A stretch of DNA of 64,000 nucleotides from Minisyncoccota bacterium (lineage in GTDB: Bacteria; Patescibacteriota; Minisyncoccia; Phycocordibacterales; UBA9973): assembly GCA_041657445.1 (NCBI GenBank), contig JBBABV010000001.1:36783-100782 (forward strand), written 5' to 3'. The notes beneath the pieces were generated by a model, which did no database searches, was not told where the DNA came from, and worked only from the letters and a program-made list of their open reading frames with translations. Each line of letters begins with the position of its first letter. Positions within the stretch are counted from its first letter, which is position 1. Below, in pieces: positions 1 through 9,834 of this stretch. The position numbers were made by a program, and so were the translations under genes.

Positions 1-18
1 TTTCAATTTTCATGACTA

Positions 19-1251
19 TCAAATAATTTTATATATATTACCCCTTACTATTGTCATTACTACACTTCCACCAAATGTCATTCCTGTAAATGGAGACCAT
101 TTACACTTTGTCTTCAGTTTTTCTTCCTTGATTGTAATTGACCTTTCTAGATCAAACACAGTAAGTGAACCAATATAGCCTTCCTCTACCTTTCCATATT
201 TATCCTTAGTAAAAGGATTTATAAAACTCGCAGGGTTTTCACTACATATCTTAGCTACATCACTCAGAGAGAAATTATGTTCTTTAACAAGCCAAGAGAC
301 AAATGGTGCATAAGTATCAAGATGAGGCATTCCTGACATTCCTTTTTCTTTTTCTTCCTTGGTGTGAGGAGCATGGTCTGTAGCTAGGTAGTCAATAATT
401 CCATTCTTAAGACAACTAATTAAGAAGAGACGATTTTCTATATCTTCTCTGATAGGAGGATTTACTTGCAACCATTTTTCATTTAGAGGGGAAAGCATGC
501 TCATGTCAAAATATAAATGATGGGGTGTTACTTCTACAGTTACATTAACTCCATCATTTTTTGCTTGAATTATTTTTTCTATCCCTTCTTTTGTGGAACA
601 ATGACAAACCTTACCTTTAAGATTGTATTTTTTGATGAGATATAATGCAAAATCTATTGCTTTTGTTTCTGCTTCTATTGGTCTTTTATTCGCATGACTA
701 GTATTAGATTTACTTTTCTCAAGAATTTCAGGATCTTCACAATGAAAACTAACAAATTTTCCTTGATATTTTTTAATGCTTTCTTCTAGTTCTAGAGAAG
801 AATTAAAAAACAGATCACCAACAGAAGGTCCCATAAATGCTTTATAAGGAACTTCAAATGATAATGGTTTAGTACTTGGTCCTATCCCTGCATAAAGGAT
901 TACATCAATAGGGGATTTGCTTTTTAGATTTTCTTTATCTCTATAACTAGTATCATCTACAGGTGCAACAGGATTGTTTGGCATATCAGCTATAGCTACT
1001 ACTCCACCATTTATTCCTGCTTCTCCTGCTGTCCTAAAATCCTCTTTATAATCTTGACTATGATTAGTGCATTCTCTGCAGTGAGTGTGAATATCTATAA
1101 AGCCAGAAAATATATATTCATCATTAAAAATGATATCAGCACATCCTGTTGGTGTAGAAATTTTAGTGATAAGTCCATTTGAATTATCAATTTCTATCCT
1201 ACTTCTCTTAATTTCTTTACTATTAACTATTTTTCCTTCTATTGAAAGCAT
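19..1251 (-). CDS. pyrC: Dihydroorotase (amidohydrolase superfamily)
   Basis: Metal-binding DIHTHCRE, DMPNN, FHCED, EVTPHHL, VNPPIR, ATDHAPH and KCKWSPF motifs. Confidence 0.8.
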   Translation of the reverse strand: MLSIEGKIVNSKEIKRSRIEIDNSNGLITKISTPTGCADIIFNDEYIFSGFIDIHTHCRECTNHSQDYKEDFRTAGEAGINGGVVAIADMPNNPVAPVDDTSYRDKENLKSKSPIDVILYAGIGPSTKPLSFEVPYKAFMGPSVGDLFFNSSLELEESIKKYQGKFVSFHCEDPEILEKSKSNTSHANKRPIEAETKAIDFALYLIKKYNLKGKVCHCSTKEGIEKIIQAKNDGVNVTVEVTPHHLYFDMSMLSPLNEKWLQVNPPIREDIENRLFLISCLKNGIIDYLATDHAPHTKEEKEKGMSGMPHLDTYAPFVSWLVKEHNFSLSDVAKICSENPASFINPFTKDKYGKVEEGYIGSLTVFDLERSITIKEEKLKTKCKWSPFTGMTFGGSVVMTIVRGNIYKII

Positions 1252-1283
1252 ATTATTACTAATTATTATATAAACAAAAAAAT

Positions 1284-1300
1284 AACCCCTCTGTGGGGTT
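1284..1300 (-). terminator. Probable intrinsic terminator downstream of the RM operon
   Basis: AACCCC-5nt-GGGGTT hairpin followed on the minus strand by a T-run. Confidence 0.55.
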
Positions 1301-1433
1301 TTGAATTAAAATATAAAAAAAAGAAATTATGTCGGCTCTCTTATTAGTTTTTCTTCTTTTATACATTGATATGAATCATAACATTTTTTATTTTTTAGGC
1401 AAGGGTATCGTAAGAATTATTTAGTATTTTCAT

Positions 1434-2594
1434 TTAGTCTAATCTTTTATTAAAAATAATAAAATTATCAATATCTTTTTTCTTTATTTGTATTTTCATT
1501 TTTCTTTCTCTATTATTACTGTTTCTTCCTTGAGACATATCTGAAATGTGCTTAAGATTATACTTATTTATCTCTAAAATTTTAACATTGGATAATTGAA
1601 TAGAATACTTCATTCTTGTTGCATAACTTAGTGGATTTTCCTTATTTAGCAATTTATTCCAATATCCTGTAACGGCATTTTCATAATCCTTATCCATTTT
1701 CGTTTTGTGATAATACACGATGTACCAAAATTTTTTGTGTAAATTTATTGCTTGTAAAAAATTAATTTTATCATTACCTAGTATTGAATTACTTTTTTCT
1801 GAATGCATTTTGAGATCTCCTAGATATCCATTTGAAAATTCTAAATCAAAATCCAAATTACCCTTTTTCTTTTTGGAAACAAATCTGCAGATTTTCTTTG
1901 AATTTTCATTCTTATTTAAAAAATTTTCAAATTTAAATTCAAGATAAAAACCAGGCCACTCTGACTGAGCCTTGTTTCTATAATTTGCATCAAACATTTC
2001 CGTGTAACATTCTTTTCCTTCCCATTTGACAGGAAGAGAGGAAGAAAAATTGTCAAAAAGTTTTATTTCATTTTGAAGTTCATTTTTATTTTTTGAAAGC
2101 AAATTTTTTACATATTTTTCTAGTTTATCTTCTCTTACAACTGCTATTTTATTTTCCCTAGAATCCATTTTCTCAAATATCCCATATTCCATAGCCTTTT
2201 GCAGATCAATCGTGTGTATATGAGCAGATGAATTGTTTAGTTTATTAGTTTTGTATTTTTTTGTATCAAAAAACACAAATATATTATTGGTTTTGTAACT
2301 ATATATACCCATAAGTAAAGCACCATCTATAAGCGGTTCTTTCCACTTCGTTGGGATTTGTATTCTTTTTTTAAAAACTAAATGAGGATGACCTAAATAA
2401 GTTATTTGTTTTATACATAAAGTAAAATTTTTGCTGGCTAGTTTACAAGAATACGGATTCTTGTTTTTAATGATTTCAAAATGCCTCGTCAATATAACTC
2501 TAATTTCTTTCTGTTTTAATTTTTTATCAAAATCCACCACGATCCTACCATCTAAATTTATTTGCTCTACTTTTTTCATAGTCTTATTTTTCAA
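1434..2594 (-). CDS. Type II restriction endonuclease, AluI-like (PD-(D/E)xK)
   Basis: Overlaps the C5-MTase stop; DFD-x-DLK nuclease-like motif; N-terminal VEQINLDGRIVVDFD, KQITYLGHPH..FKKRIQIP and NNSSAH resemble R.AluI as recalled. Alternative start at 2579. Confidence 0.75.
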   Translation of the reverse strand: MKNKTMKKVEQINLDGRIVVDFDKKLKQKEIRVILTRHFEIIKNKNPYSCKLASKNFTLCIKQITYLGHPHLVFKKRIQIPTKWKEPLIDGALLMGIYSYKTNNIFVFFDTKKYKTNKLNNSSAHIHTIDLQKAMEYGIFEKMDSRENKIAVVREDKLEKYVKNLLSKNKNELQNEIKLFDNFSSSLPVKWEGKECYTEMFDANYRNKAQSEWPGFYLEFKFENFLNKNENSKKICRFVSKKKKGNLDFDLEFSNGYLGDLKMHSEKSNSILGNDKINFLQAINLHKKFWYIVYYHKTKMDKDYENAVTGYWNKLLNKENPLSYATRMKYSIQLSNVKILEINKYNLKHISDMSQGRNSNNRERKMKIQIKKKDIDNFIIFNKRLD

Positions 2595-3837
2595 GCATCA
2601 TTTTCAGTAATTCTTTAACTACTTTGATATTGACCGCATTACCTAATTGCTTCAATGCAGTATTTTTGTCTTCGTGCAATATAAAATTTTTTCTAAAAGA
2701 CTGAAGTTTCTTCAATTCTTCGGGGTGGGCTTTTCTTAATAGTTTTCCGATAATTTGGTTGTGATTCATTGCAACTAGTGTAGAAAAATAATTTGGCCTC
2801 TTAACTCTAACTCCAGAAGGTCTGAATTGAATGAGTGAATCATATATATCATGTATATCATTTCCTGCTTGCCATTCAAATTTTCTATGTGTTTCTTTTA
2901 CCCAAGTAAGATTTTTGTATTTTTTGAGCCATCTATCTACAAATTTTTTATTTCTTTTATAGAGTTCAATGTTTTTGATAATAAAATCTTGTTTCCATTT
3001 TGGAAATTTCTTTATCTTTGTGACATCTTCCTTAAAATAATCACTCCACACTGGGAAACCTATTATTTTTAAATCAATGTTTAAATAAAACTCATTCCAC
3101 ATTTTGATTACTTTTTTTTCATATTCTGATATTTCAGATGTCTTGTTATTAAATTTTTCACTTATTATTGAATAGGCATTTAAATTACTATTACATTTTT
3201 TTGTAACTAAAAAATTAAATTTCTCTTCATAGTTGCCGTATTTTTTTAACACACCAGGAATATATATTCTTTTTCGTAAAACAGGTATTCCAAACTGATT
3301 TGGACTCAAGATGATAGGTTTTTTCGGAATGGAATAACCGAGTTTTTCCAATGTTTCAGTAATTATCTTATATGTATTTCCTTTGTCATGAGAGACAAGA
3401 TTTGAGACATTTTCTAGAAGAAAGTATTTTGGTTTGTGATGCTTTAATATTCTCACTATATCAAAAAACAAAGTTCCTCTCATATCTTTAAATCCTTTTC
3501 TTTGTCCTCCTTTTGAAAATGGTTGACAAGGAAACCCTGCAAACAATATATCATGAGAAGGTATATCCTTTTCTCTCACTTTTGTTATATCTCCAGCAGG
3601 AATTATATTGAAGTTATTTTTATAAACCTTTTGACATTCTTCGTCCCATTCAGAAGCAAATACACATTTTCCGCCAAAGTCTGCTATTGCCTCATGGAAT
3701 CCTCCTATACCAGCAAAAAGATCTATGAATTCATATTTCTCTGTTTTATTGTTCTCCTTTTTTTGAACAGGAAAATTTAATCCTAGTTTTAGGGTGCCAA
3801 TATCAGAAAAATCTTGTGTATTATTATTCATTTTCAT
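2584..3837 (-). CDS. DNA (cytosine-5)-methyltransferase, M.AluI-like
   Basis: Motif I DLFAGIGG, IV GFPCQPFS, VI LENV, X QLGNAV; target-recognition region GFPVWSD, PKWKQ, RKFEWQA, FRPSGVRVKRP. Confidence 0.95.
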   Translation of the reverse strand: MKMNNNTQDFSDIGTLKLGLNFPVQKKENNKTEKYEFIDLFAGIGGFHEAIADFGGKCVFASEWDEECQKVYKNNFNIIPAGDITKVREKDIPSHDILFAGFPCQPFSKGGQRKGFKDMRGTLFFDIVRILKHHKPKYFLLENVSNLVSHDKGNTYKIITETLEKLGYSIPKKPIILSPNQFGIPVLRKRIYIPGVLKKYGNYEEKFNFLVTKKCNSNLNAYSIISEKFNNKTSEISEYEKKVIKMWNEFYLNIDLKIIGFPVWSDYFKEDVTKIKKFPKWKQDFIIKNIELYKRNKKFVDRWLKKYKNLTWVKETHRKFEWQAGNDIHDIYDSLIQFRPSGVRVKRPNYFSTLVAMNHNQIIGKLLRKAHPEELKKLQSFRKNFILHEDKNTALKQLGNAVNIKVVKELLKMMLEK

Positions 3838-3981
3838 AATAAGTCCTTTATTTCTTGCTGATAATTATACTTTACATTACTTTTTCTCGCAATTTTTTAT
3901 AATCATATTATATTACATTTGATAAAGTTTTGGTTGCATAGATTACGGAAGGTGATATCATATATATTAAGAATATAATAT

Positions 3982-4278
3982 ATGGAAAACGAAAAAATAA
4001 GAATGAATCGTGAAATTCCAATCAGAGATTCTTCTTCAAGGTATATTAATTATGAAGGGTTAGAGCCCTGGAGAAGTGCATTAAAGAATTCTTCAATAGG
4101 GAAGGAAATAGGGAAGTTTGATAGTTTGATGGTAGAAAAAACAGTAGGTTCATCATTTAAAGGATATAAATTAATTTACAAAAACCAATTAATCAATGGT
4201 GAAAATGTAAATGTGTATATTAAGGAAGACAACAAAGAAAAATGGAAGGCGGTTTTTCTTCATTTAATAAATAAATAA
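3982..4278 (+). CDS. Hypothetical protein (98 aa)
   Basis: Fills the gap, stops 3 nt before the tspO start; no recognisable motif. Confidence 0.6.
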   Translation: MENEKIRMNREIPIRDSSSRYINYEGLEPWRSALKNSSIGKEIGKFDSLMVEKTVGSSFKGYKLIYKNQLINGENVNVYIKEDNKEKWKAVFLHLINK

Positions 4279-4281
4279 TAT

Positions 4282-4677
4282 ATGGAAACAGGATTTTGGT
4301 ACTTAAATTTAATAAAACCTGAATGGGCACCACCTGCTTGGCTTTTTGGACCTGTATGGACAGTCTTATATATTATCATTTTCATTTCATTTGGATATGT
4401 TTTTTACAAAGTATGGAAGAAGGAATTACCTACAAAAATTGCTATTCCTTTTACTTTAAATCTTTTATTTAATTTCGCTTTTAGTCCTATCCAATTTGGC
4501 TTACAAAACAATGTGCTAGCTGGAATAGATATAATCTTTATTTTAATTACCTTGATTTGGATAATTGTAGTAATTTATAAAAAAATAAAATGGGTAGCAC
4601 TTGCCAATGTGCCTTATCTTATTTGGGTTTCCTTTGCTACTATTTTACAACTTACTATTACATATCTTAACTGGTAA
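4282..4677 (+). CDS. tspO: TspO/MBR family tryptophan-rich sensory protein
   Basis: WYLNLIKPEWAPPAWLFGPVWTVLY and PYLIWVSFA signatures. Confidence 0.92.
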   Translation: METGFWYLNLIKPEWAPPAWLFGPVWTVLYIIIFISFGYVFYKVWKKELPTKIAIPFTLNLLFNFAFSPIQFGLQNNVLAGIDIIFILITLIWIIVVIYKKIKWVALANVPYLIWVSFATILQLTITYLNW

Positions 4678-4746
4678 GTTTGATTTTTTCCTAAAAATCT
4701 ACTATTGTAGGACAAATAGTCATTTAAAAATAAAAAGGGAGGAAAA

Positions 4747-4929
4747 ATGAAAACTCGATATGTTGAGTTTTTTTTATTCCTGGGGTATTTATCTAGATTT
4801 ATAATTACCCCACTTTTTTTTACAGTAGCCCTCCTGGGCTACTGGTTTCAAATAGAGTTTATCGTTATCGCCACTCCTGTGGTGATATATATTGTATGGT
4901 CCATTCCATTTATTATGGACCATACATAG
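4747..4929 (+). CDS. Small hypothetical membrane protein (60 aa)
   Basis: Two hydrophobic stretches; strong SD GGGAGG 4 nt before ATG. Confidence 0.5.
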   Translation: MKTRYVEFFLFLGYLSRFIITPLFFTVALLGYWFQIEFIVIATPVVIYIVWSIPFIMDHT

Positions 4930-4953
4930 GGGCTTCTCTTTGAGAAGTCCTTT

Positions 4954-7518
4954 TTATTGTAAAAATTTATTAATTGCAGTTTTGTCCCTTTTTAGCCATG
5001 CGATATTGTTTTCCATTCTTTCCATAATCTGTTCCAGAGACCTTTCTGTTCCAGGAGCATTGTTTGATTTGAAAAATTGTTGAAATGAGGTAAGATGTTT
5101 TTTTTCTGCACTTCCTGAAATTGCTTTTAGTATTTTTCCAAGTGCGTGTATTCCTTCACCATATCTTGACAAAAGAAGTTTCCAATTTTTCTTTACAAAT
5201 GACCACCATACATCTCTACCATATGGATTCATTCCAACACTAAATAGAATTCCTATAGTGTCTTGATAACGAACATCTGAAGATATAGAAAATTCACAAA
5301 CTTTCCTTAATATCTCTTTCTGCCTAAAATCTCCAAGTGCGTTTCCTATACGATTTTTTTCTTCATGCATGTTTTCATTTTTATACATTTCTATCATTCT
5401 TTTGTATTCCTTCTCTCCTCCATTTGAAGCAATTGTTGTATATATTGCTCCACGAATGTCAGGATGTATTTGCTCACCTTTATTTATCTCTTCCCATAAA
5501 ACTTTTGCTTTTTTAACTACCTCTTTATCTCTTGATCTACCTAGACGATTAATGAGCATAGAACGAAGAAGGGTGTCAGTATTCATTTCATTATCTATCA
5601 CATTCCATCCTAAACGATTTAAACAAGGGGAAAATAATTCTGATATGTATAAATCAAAATCCATTTTAAATGGAGTTTTTGCAATGATTTGCTCAATTTG
5701 AGCAAGCCCTCTACCAATTTCAACCCATACTACATAACTATCTTCATTTTTATATACCTCTAGGAAATCTAACGTAGTTTTTATAGAAATTTTTCCAGCT
5801 TCGGCGAGAGCAAAAAGATCTCTGATTATCCCCAACCTATCATAAGTGGGAAGAATTTTCTTTTTTATAGGGTCCTTTAATTTTTCAAGAAGTTCTTCTG
5901 AGTATAGAGTTCTAAAAAAACCATTCTCTCCTAGATTAATTTTTAACCAGTTGTTTTTATTATCATCCAAATCAATTTCTGTTGTCTTTTTTGAAAAATG
6001 GATTTTTTCTTTTTTTGAATTATTTCCAAGTGAGATAGGGATATACCATATTGTTTTATCATTTCCTTTTTTCTTTGATTCTAGGCTTGCAAAGAATCTT
6101 TCTTGATTTAAAACAAGTTTACCTTTATTACAATTTACTGATACTAAGGGGTATCCACTTTTACTTGTCCAATTCTTCATTATTTTTTTAACTGGCATTT
6201 TAGAAACCTTTTCAAATGCTTCCCATAAATGAATAGTTTCTGTGTTTTTGTAACTATGTTTCTTCAAATAATACTTCAATCCTTTTCTAAAATTATCTTC
6301 TCCGAGATATTCTGCAAGCATTGCAATAACTGATGCACCTTTTGAATAAGAAACAGCATCAAATATCTCACCGATTTCATCAGGACTATTAACTTTTACT
6401 TCAATTGGATGAGTATTGAGAAGGGAATCAAGACGAATAGCCACACCGTGTGTATCTGTGATAAATCTTTCCCAGATATTCCATTTAGGAAATATATTAT
6501 GAATAGCAATATAAGGAATATATGAAGCAAAACCTTCATTAAGCCAAAGATGAGTCCACCATTCCATAGTTACTAAATTACCAAACCACTGATGAGCAAT
6601 TTCATGAGCGATAACCTCTGCAATCATTTCTTTTGTTCCAAGCGAGGTATTTTTTTCATCAACAAGAAGCCCTATCTCTCTAAAAGTAATTGCACCCCAA
6701 TTTTCCATTGCTAAAGATGAGAAATCTGGTATTGCAATCATATCAAGAGTAGGAAGTGGATATGGTATATCAAAATACTTATCATAAAATTCTAATACTT
6801 TTATCGTAGTAGAAAGTGCAAATTTTGCTTGATGTAATTTTCCAGGAGTAGTAAATATTCTAACCAAAACATTATTTTTTGTTTTTCCTTCTACATATTC
6901 AAAATTACCTACAATGAATGCTAGAAGGTATGTGGACATCTTCGGAGTAGGAGAGAAATGGACTATTTCATATCCAGCCTCATGCTCTTTTACGGATATT
7001 GGAAGCGTATTTGAGATAGCAGAATGACCTTTAGGCACAACAAGAGAAACATTAAATATTGATTTTTGTGCTGGCTCATCAAAACAAGGAAAAGCCCTTC
7101 TAGCATCTGTAGCCTCAAATTGAGTGGTTGCTATATGTTGTTCTTTGCCTTCTAATTGATATTTACTTCTGTAAAAACCTCTCATTTTGTCATTTAGGAT
7201 TCCTTGAAAGACAATTGTCAATTTGGTTTTTCCTTTCCTTATTTCTTTTTTAAAATGAAATGTTGCAGTTTCGGTTTTTTCATCATAAGTGATCTTGTCT
7301 GTAAATACTTTTTCTTTATAGGAAATTACATTTACAGTTTCAATATCAATATCTTTTGAATGTAGTGTAATTTTTTTTATATCCTTAAGAAGATTAATCA
7401 ATATAGTCTCCTTACCTACAAATGTAAAATTCTGCATATCTGGCTTGAGTTCAATATAGTATTTGATTGGAACAATGTTTTTTGATAATCGTATTCTTTT
7501 GTTTTTAATTTTCTGCAT
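4954..7518 (-). CDS. pepN: M1 family aminopeptidase (PepN / puromycin-sensitive type)
   Basis: TQFE, AMENWG, HEIAH-x18-E, YSKG; start moved to MQKIKNKRIRL (7518) to avoid overlap with scpA. Confidence 0.93.
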   Translation of the reverse strand: MQKIKNKRIRLSKNIVPIKYYIELKPDMQNFTFVGKETILINLLKDIKKITLHSKDIDIETVNVISYKEKVFTDKITYDEKTETATFHFKKEIRKGKTKLTIVFQGILNDKMRGFYRSKYQLEGKEQHIATTQFEATDARRAFPCFDEPAQKSIFNVSLVVPKGHSAISNTLPISVKEHEAGYEIVHFSPTPKMSTYLLAFIVGNFEYVEGKTKNNVLVRIFTTPGKLHQAKFALSTTIKVLEFYDKYFDIPYPLPTLDMIAIPDFSSLAMENWGAITFREIGLLVDEKNTSLGTKEMIAEVIAHEIAHQWFGNLVTMEWWTHLWLNEGFASYIPYIAIHNIFPKWNIWERFITDTHGVAIRLDSLLNTHPIEVKVNSPDEIGEIFDAVSYSKGASVIAMLAEYLGEDNFRKGLKYYLKKHSYKNTETIHLWEAFEKVSKMPVKKIMKNWTSKSGYPLVSVNCNKGKLVLNQERFFASLESKKKGNDKTIWYIPISLGNNSKKEKIHFSKKTTEIDLDDNKNNWLKINLGENGFFRTLYSEELLEKLKDPIKKKILPTYDRLGIIRDLFALAEAGKISIKTTLDFLEVYKNEDSYVVWVEIGRGLAQIEQIIAKTPFKMDFDLYISELFSPCLNRLGWNVIDNEMNTDTLLRSMLINRLGRSRDKEVVKKAKVLWEEINKGEQIHPDIRGAIYTTIASNGGEKEYKRMIEMYKNENMHEEKNRIGNALGDFRQKEILRKVCEFSISSDVRYQDTIGILFSVGMNPYGRDVWWSFVKKNWKLLLSRYGEGIHALGKILKAISGSAEKKHLTSFQQFFKSNNAPGTERSLEQIMERMENNIAWLKRDKTAINKFLQ

Positions 7519-7567
7519 TTTGAAAGTATATATTTTTTTGGTCAAAAATGCTATTATTATATTTATA

Positions 7568-8305
7568 ATGGAATCAGTAATCAATGAAAATAAATACAAG
7601 GTAAGGACCTCAAGTTTTGAAGGTCCTTTTAGTGTTCTTCTCTCTTTAGTGGAAGAGAAAAAGTTACATATAAATGATCTTTCTTTAGCACAAGTAACGG
7701 AAGACTTTATTAGACACATAAGCACTGTAGATAAAGCAGATAATACTGAAGTTTCTAGTTTTATGATAGTTGCATCTACCCTCATACTAATTAAATCTAA
7801 ATCCTTACTTCCAAATCTTCCACTTTCAGAAGATGAAGAGAAGGATATAAACAATCTTACAAATAGACTCAAGCTTTATGAAATTTATACAAATCTAGGA
7901 GAAGACATCAGAAAAAAATTTGGAAAAAGTATAATATTTTCTCCACTTGAAAAAAGGCAAGAATCTGTAGTCTTTCTTCCTGATTCACAAATAACAAAAG
8001 AAAGTATGATGATTCTTATAGACGGAGCACTTGGAAGAATGCCTAAAAAAGAATTTTTGCCAAAAATTGAAGTGAAGAAAGTGATAAGTATTGAGGAAAT
8101 GATATATAATCTTACAGAGAGAATAAAAAAGTCAGTAACAATTAGTTTTAAGGAATTAAATGGGAAAATTGTCACAAAAGAAGAAAAAATTAATGCTATC
8201 GTTTCTTTTCTTGCTATGCTTGAATTAGTTAGAGAAGGGATATTGTCAGTATTACAAGAAAATAACTTTCAAGATATAATAATTCAAAAAACAAACAACT
8301 TATGA
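7568..8305 (+). CDS. scpA: Segregation/condensation protein A (kleisin)
   Basis: FEGPF..LL, LILIKSKSLLP, FLAMLEL; adjacent to scpB; start moved to MESVINE. Confidence 0.92.
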   Translation: MESVINENKYKVRTSSFEGPFSVLLSLVEEKKLHINDLSLAQVTEDFIRHISTVDKADNTEVSSFMIVASTLILIKSKSLLPNLPLSEDEEKDINNLTNRLKLYEIYTNLGEDIRKKFGKSIIFSPLEKRQESVVFLPDSQITKESMMILIDGALGRMPKKEFLPKIEVKKVISIEEMIYNLTERIKKSVTISFKELNGKIVTKEEKINAIVSFLAMLELVREGILSVLQENNFQDIIIQKTNNL

Positions 8306-8877
8306 ATATAGAACAAAAAATAGAAGCAATACTTTTTTGGAAAGGGGAACCATTATCAAGAAAAAAACTTTCTGAAATTCTAGATGTTAGTTCTGAAGAT
8401 ATAGAAGAAGGAATTGATAAACTTAAAGCAATACTTATAGACAGAGGTATTGTTTTACAGGAGAATGATAAAGAAATAGCACTTGGCACTACCCCCGAAC
8501 TGTCATCGCTTTTTGAGAAACTACAGAAAGAAGAACTAAACAAAGATTTATCAAAAGCATCTCTTGAGACTCTTTCAATTATCCTATACAAAAACGGAGC
8601 AAGTAGAGCAGAAATTGATTATATACGGGGAGTAAATTCAAGTTTTATTTTAAGAGCATTATCCGTAAGAGGACTTATCCAAAGAGAAACCGATATGAGT
8701 GATAATAGGCGATATATATATAAACCAACTTTTGATTTACTTTCATACTTAGGAGTGAAATCTGTAGAAGAGCTACCTAACTACAAAAAAACTCTTCAAT
8801 TACTTATGGATGCAGATAGAAATCTTGAGGAAGAGAAAAAGGATAAAGATTTAGAAGATACTAGTATTATAGAATAG
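8302..8877 (+). CDS. scpB: Segregation/condensation protein B
   Basis: IEAILF..GEPL, LSKASLETLSIILY, IDYIRGVNS, ELP. Confidence 0.95.
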   Translation: MNIEQKIEAILFWKGEPLSRKKLSEILDVSSEDIEEGIDKLKAILIDRGIVLQENDKEIALGTTPELSSLFEKLQKEELNKDLSKASLETLSIILYKNGASRAEIDYIRGVNSSFILRALSVRGLIQRETDMSDNRRYIYKPTFDLLSYLGVKSVEELPNYKKTLQLLMDADRNLEEEKKDKDLEDTSIIE

Positions 8878-8878
8878 T

Positions 8879-9775
8879 ATGAAAAATGAATATGAAAGAG
8901 GACTAGTGACTACTCTTGCTATACTTATTATTTTTAGTAGTTTTTTCTTTTACAATGAATGGAAGATTGAAAAAGAAATTGAAGAAAAAAGGGTAACAGA
9001 GGAAGAAAGATTAAATATCATAAGAAATACACTTGAATCACTTACCATATCAGCAAAGGCAATATCAGTGTATGATGATACCGATTCAGTTAAAATTTAT
9101 GGGAAAAATGATGATAAAGTATTACCTATAGCTTCGCTAGTAAAGACTCTTACTATCCTTACTTCTCTCAAAGAAAATGGAACTGAAAAAGTAGTATCTA
9201 TTACACCTTCTGCTATTGCTCAAAATGGAGATTTTGGGTTGTTTGTAAATGAAAAATGGAGAATAGGGGATCTTTCAAAACTTACAATAATTAGTTCTGC
9301 TAATGATGGAGCATTTATTCTTTCAGAGATTAGTGACGATTTTATGGAGAAGATGAGAATAACTGCAAATGAAGTAGGAATGAAGGATTTTCTGATTTTA
9401 AATTCTACCGGATTAGATATTCTTACAAGTAATTCAAAATCAGGTGCTAGTGCAAGAGCAGAGGATATAAACAAACTAAATCTCTTTGCACTTTGGCATT
9501 ATCCTAGAATATTTATTTCTTCATCACTTTCAAACTTAAATTTAGTATCAGAATCTGGATTCTCTCACAATGCTACAAATACAAATTTAATGATAGGCAA
9601 GATACCCAACCTTCTTTTTTCAAAGACAGGTAACACAGAACTAGCAGGAGGAAATCTATCTATTATATTTAAAGACAAGAGAGAGCACATCATTGCTATC
9701 ACTATTCTTGGTTCTACATCAATGGGTAGATTTACTGATATGGAAAAAATCATTGCAGTGTTATCTTTTTTTTAA
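8879..9775 (+). CDS. D-alanyl-D-alanine carboxypeptidase (peptidase S11), membrane anchored
   Basis: N-terminal TM; SxxK (SLVK), SxN (SAN) and KTG motifs. Confidence 0.88.
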   Translation: MKNEYERGLVTTLAILIIFSSFFFYNEWKIEKEIEEKRVTEEERLNIIRNTLESLTISAKAISVYDDTDSVKIYGKNDDKVLPIASLVKTLTILTSLKENGTEKVVSITPSAIAQNGDFGLFVNEKWRIGDLSKLTIISSANDGAFILSEISDDFMEKMRITANEVGMKDFLILNSTGLDILTSNSKSGASARAEDINKLNLFALWHYPRIFISSSLSNLNLVSESGFSHNATNTNLMIGKIPNLLFSKTGNTELAGGNLSIIFKDKREHIIAITILGSTSMGRFTDMEKIIAVLSFF

Positions 9776-9834
9776 GTATTTTGATTTTTATAAATTCTCC
9801 ATCATTTTTTCGATCATTATGTTATAATGTCTAA

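Noticed and set aside
7463-7872. Apparent long antisense overlap of the pepN and scpA ORFs
   Set aside because: Artefact of longest-ORF calling; recognisable sequence starts at 7518 (-) and 7568 (+), leaving a 49-nt divergent gap
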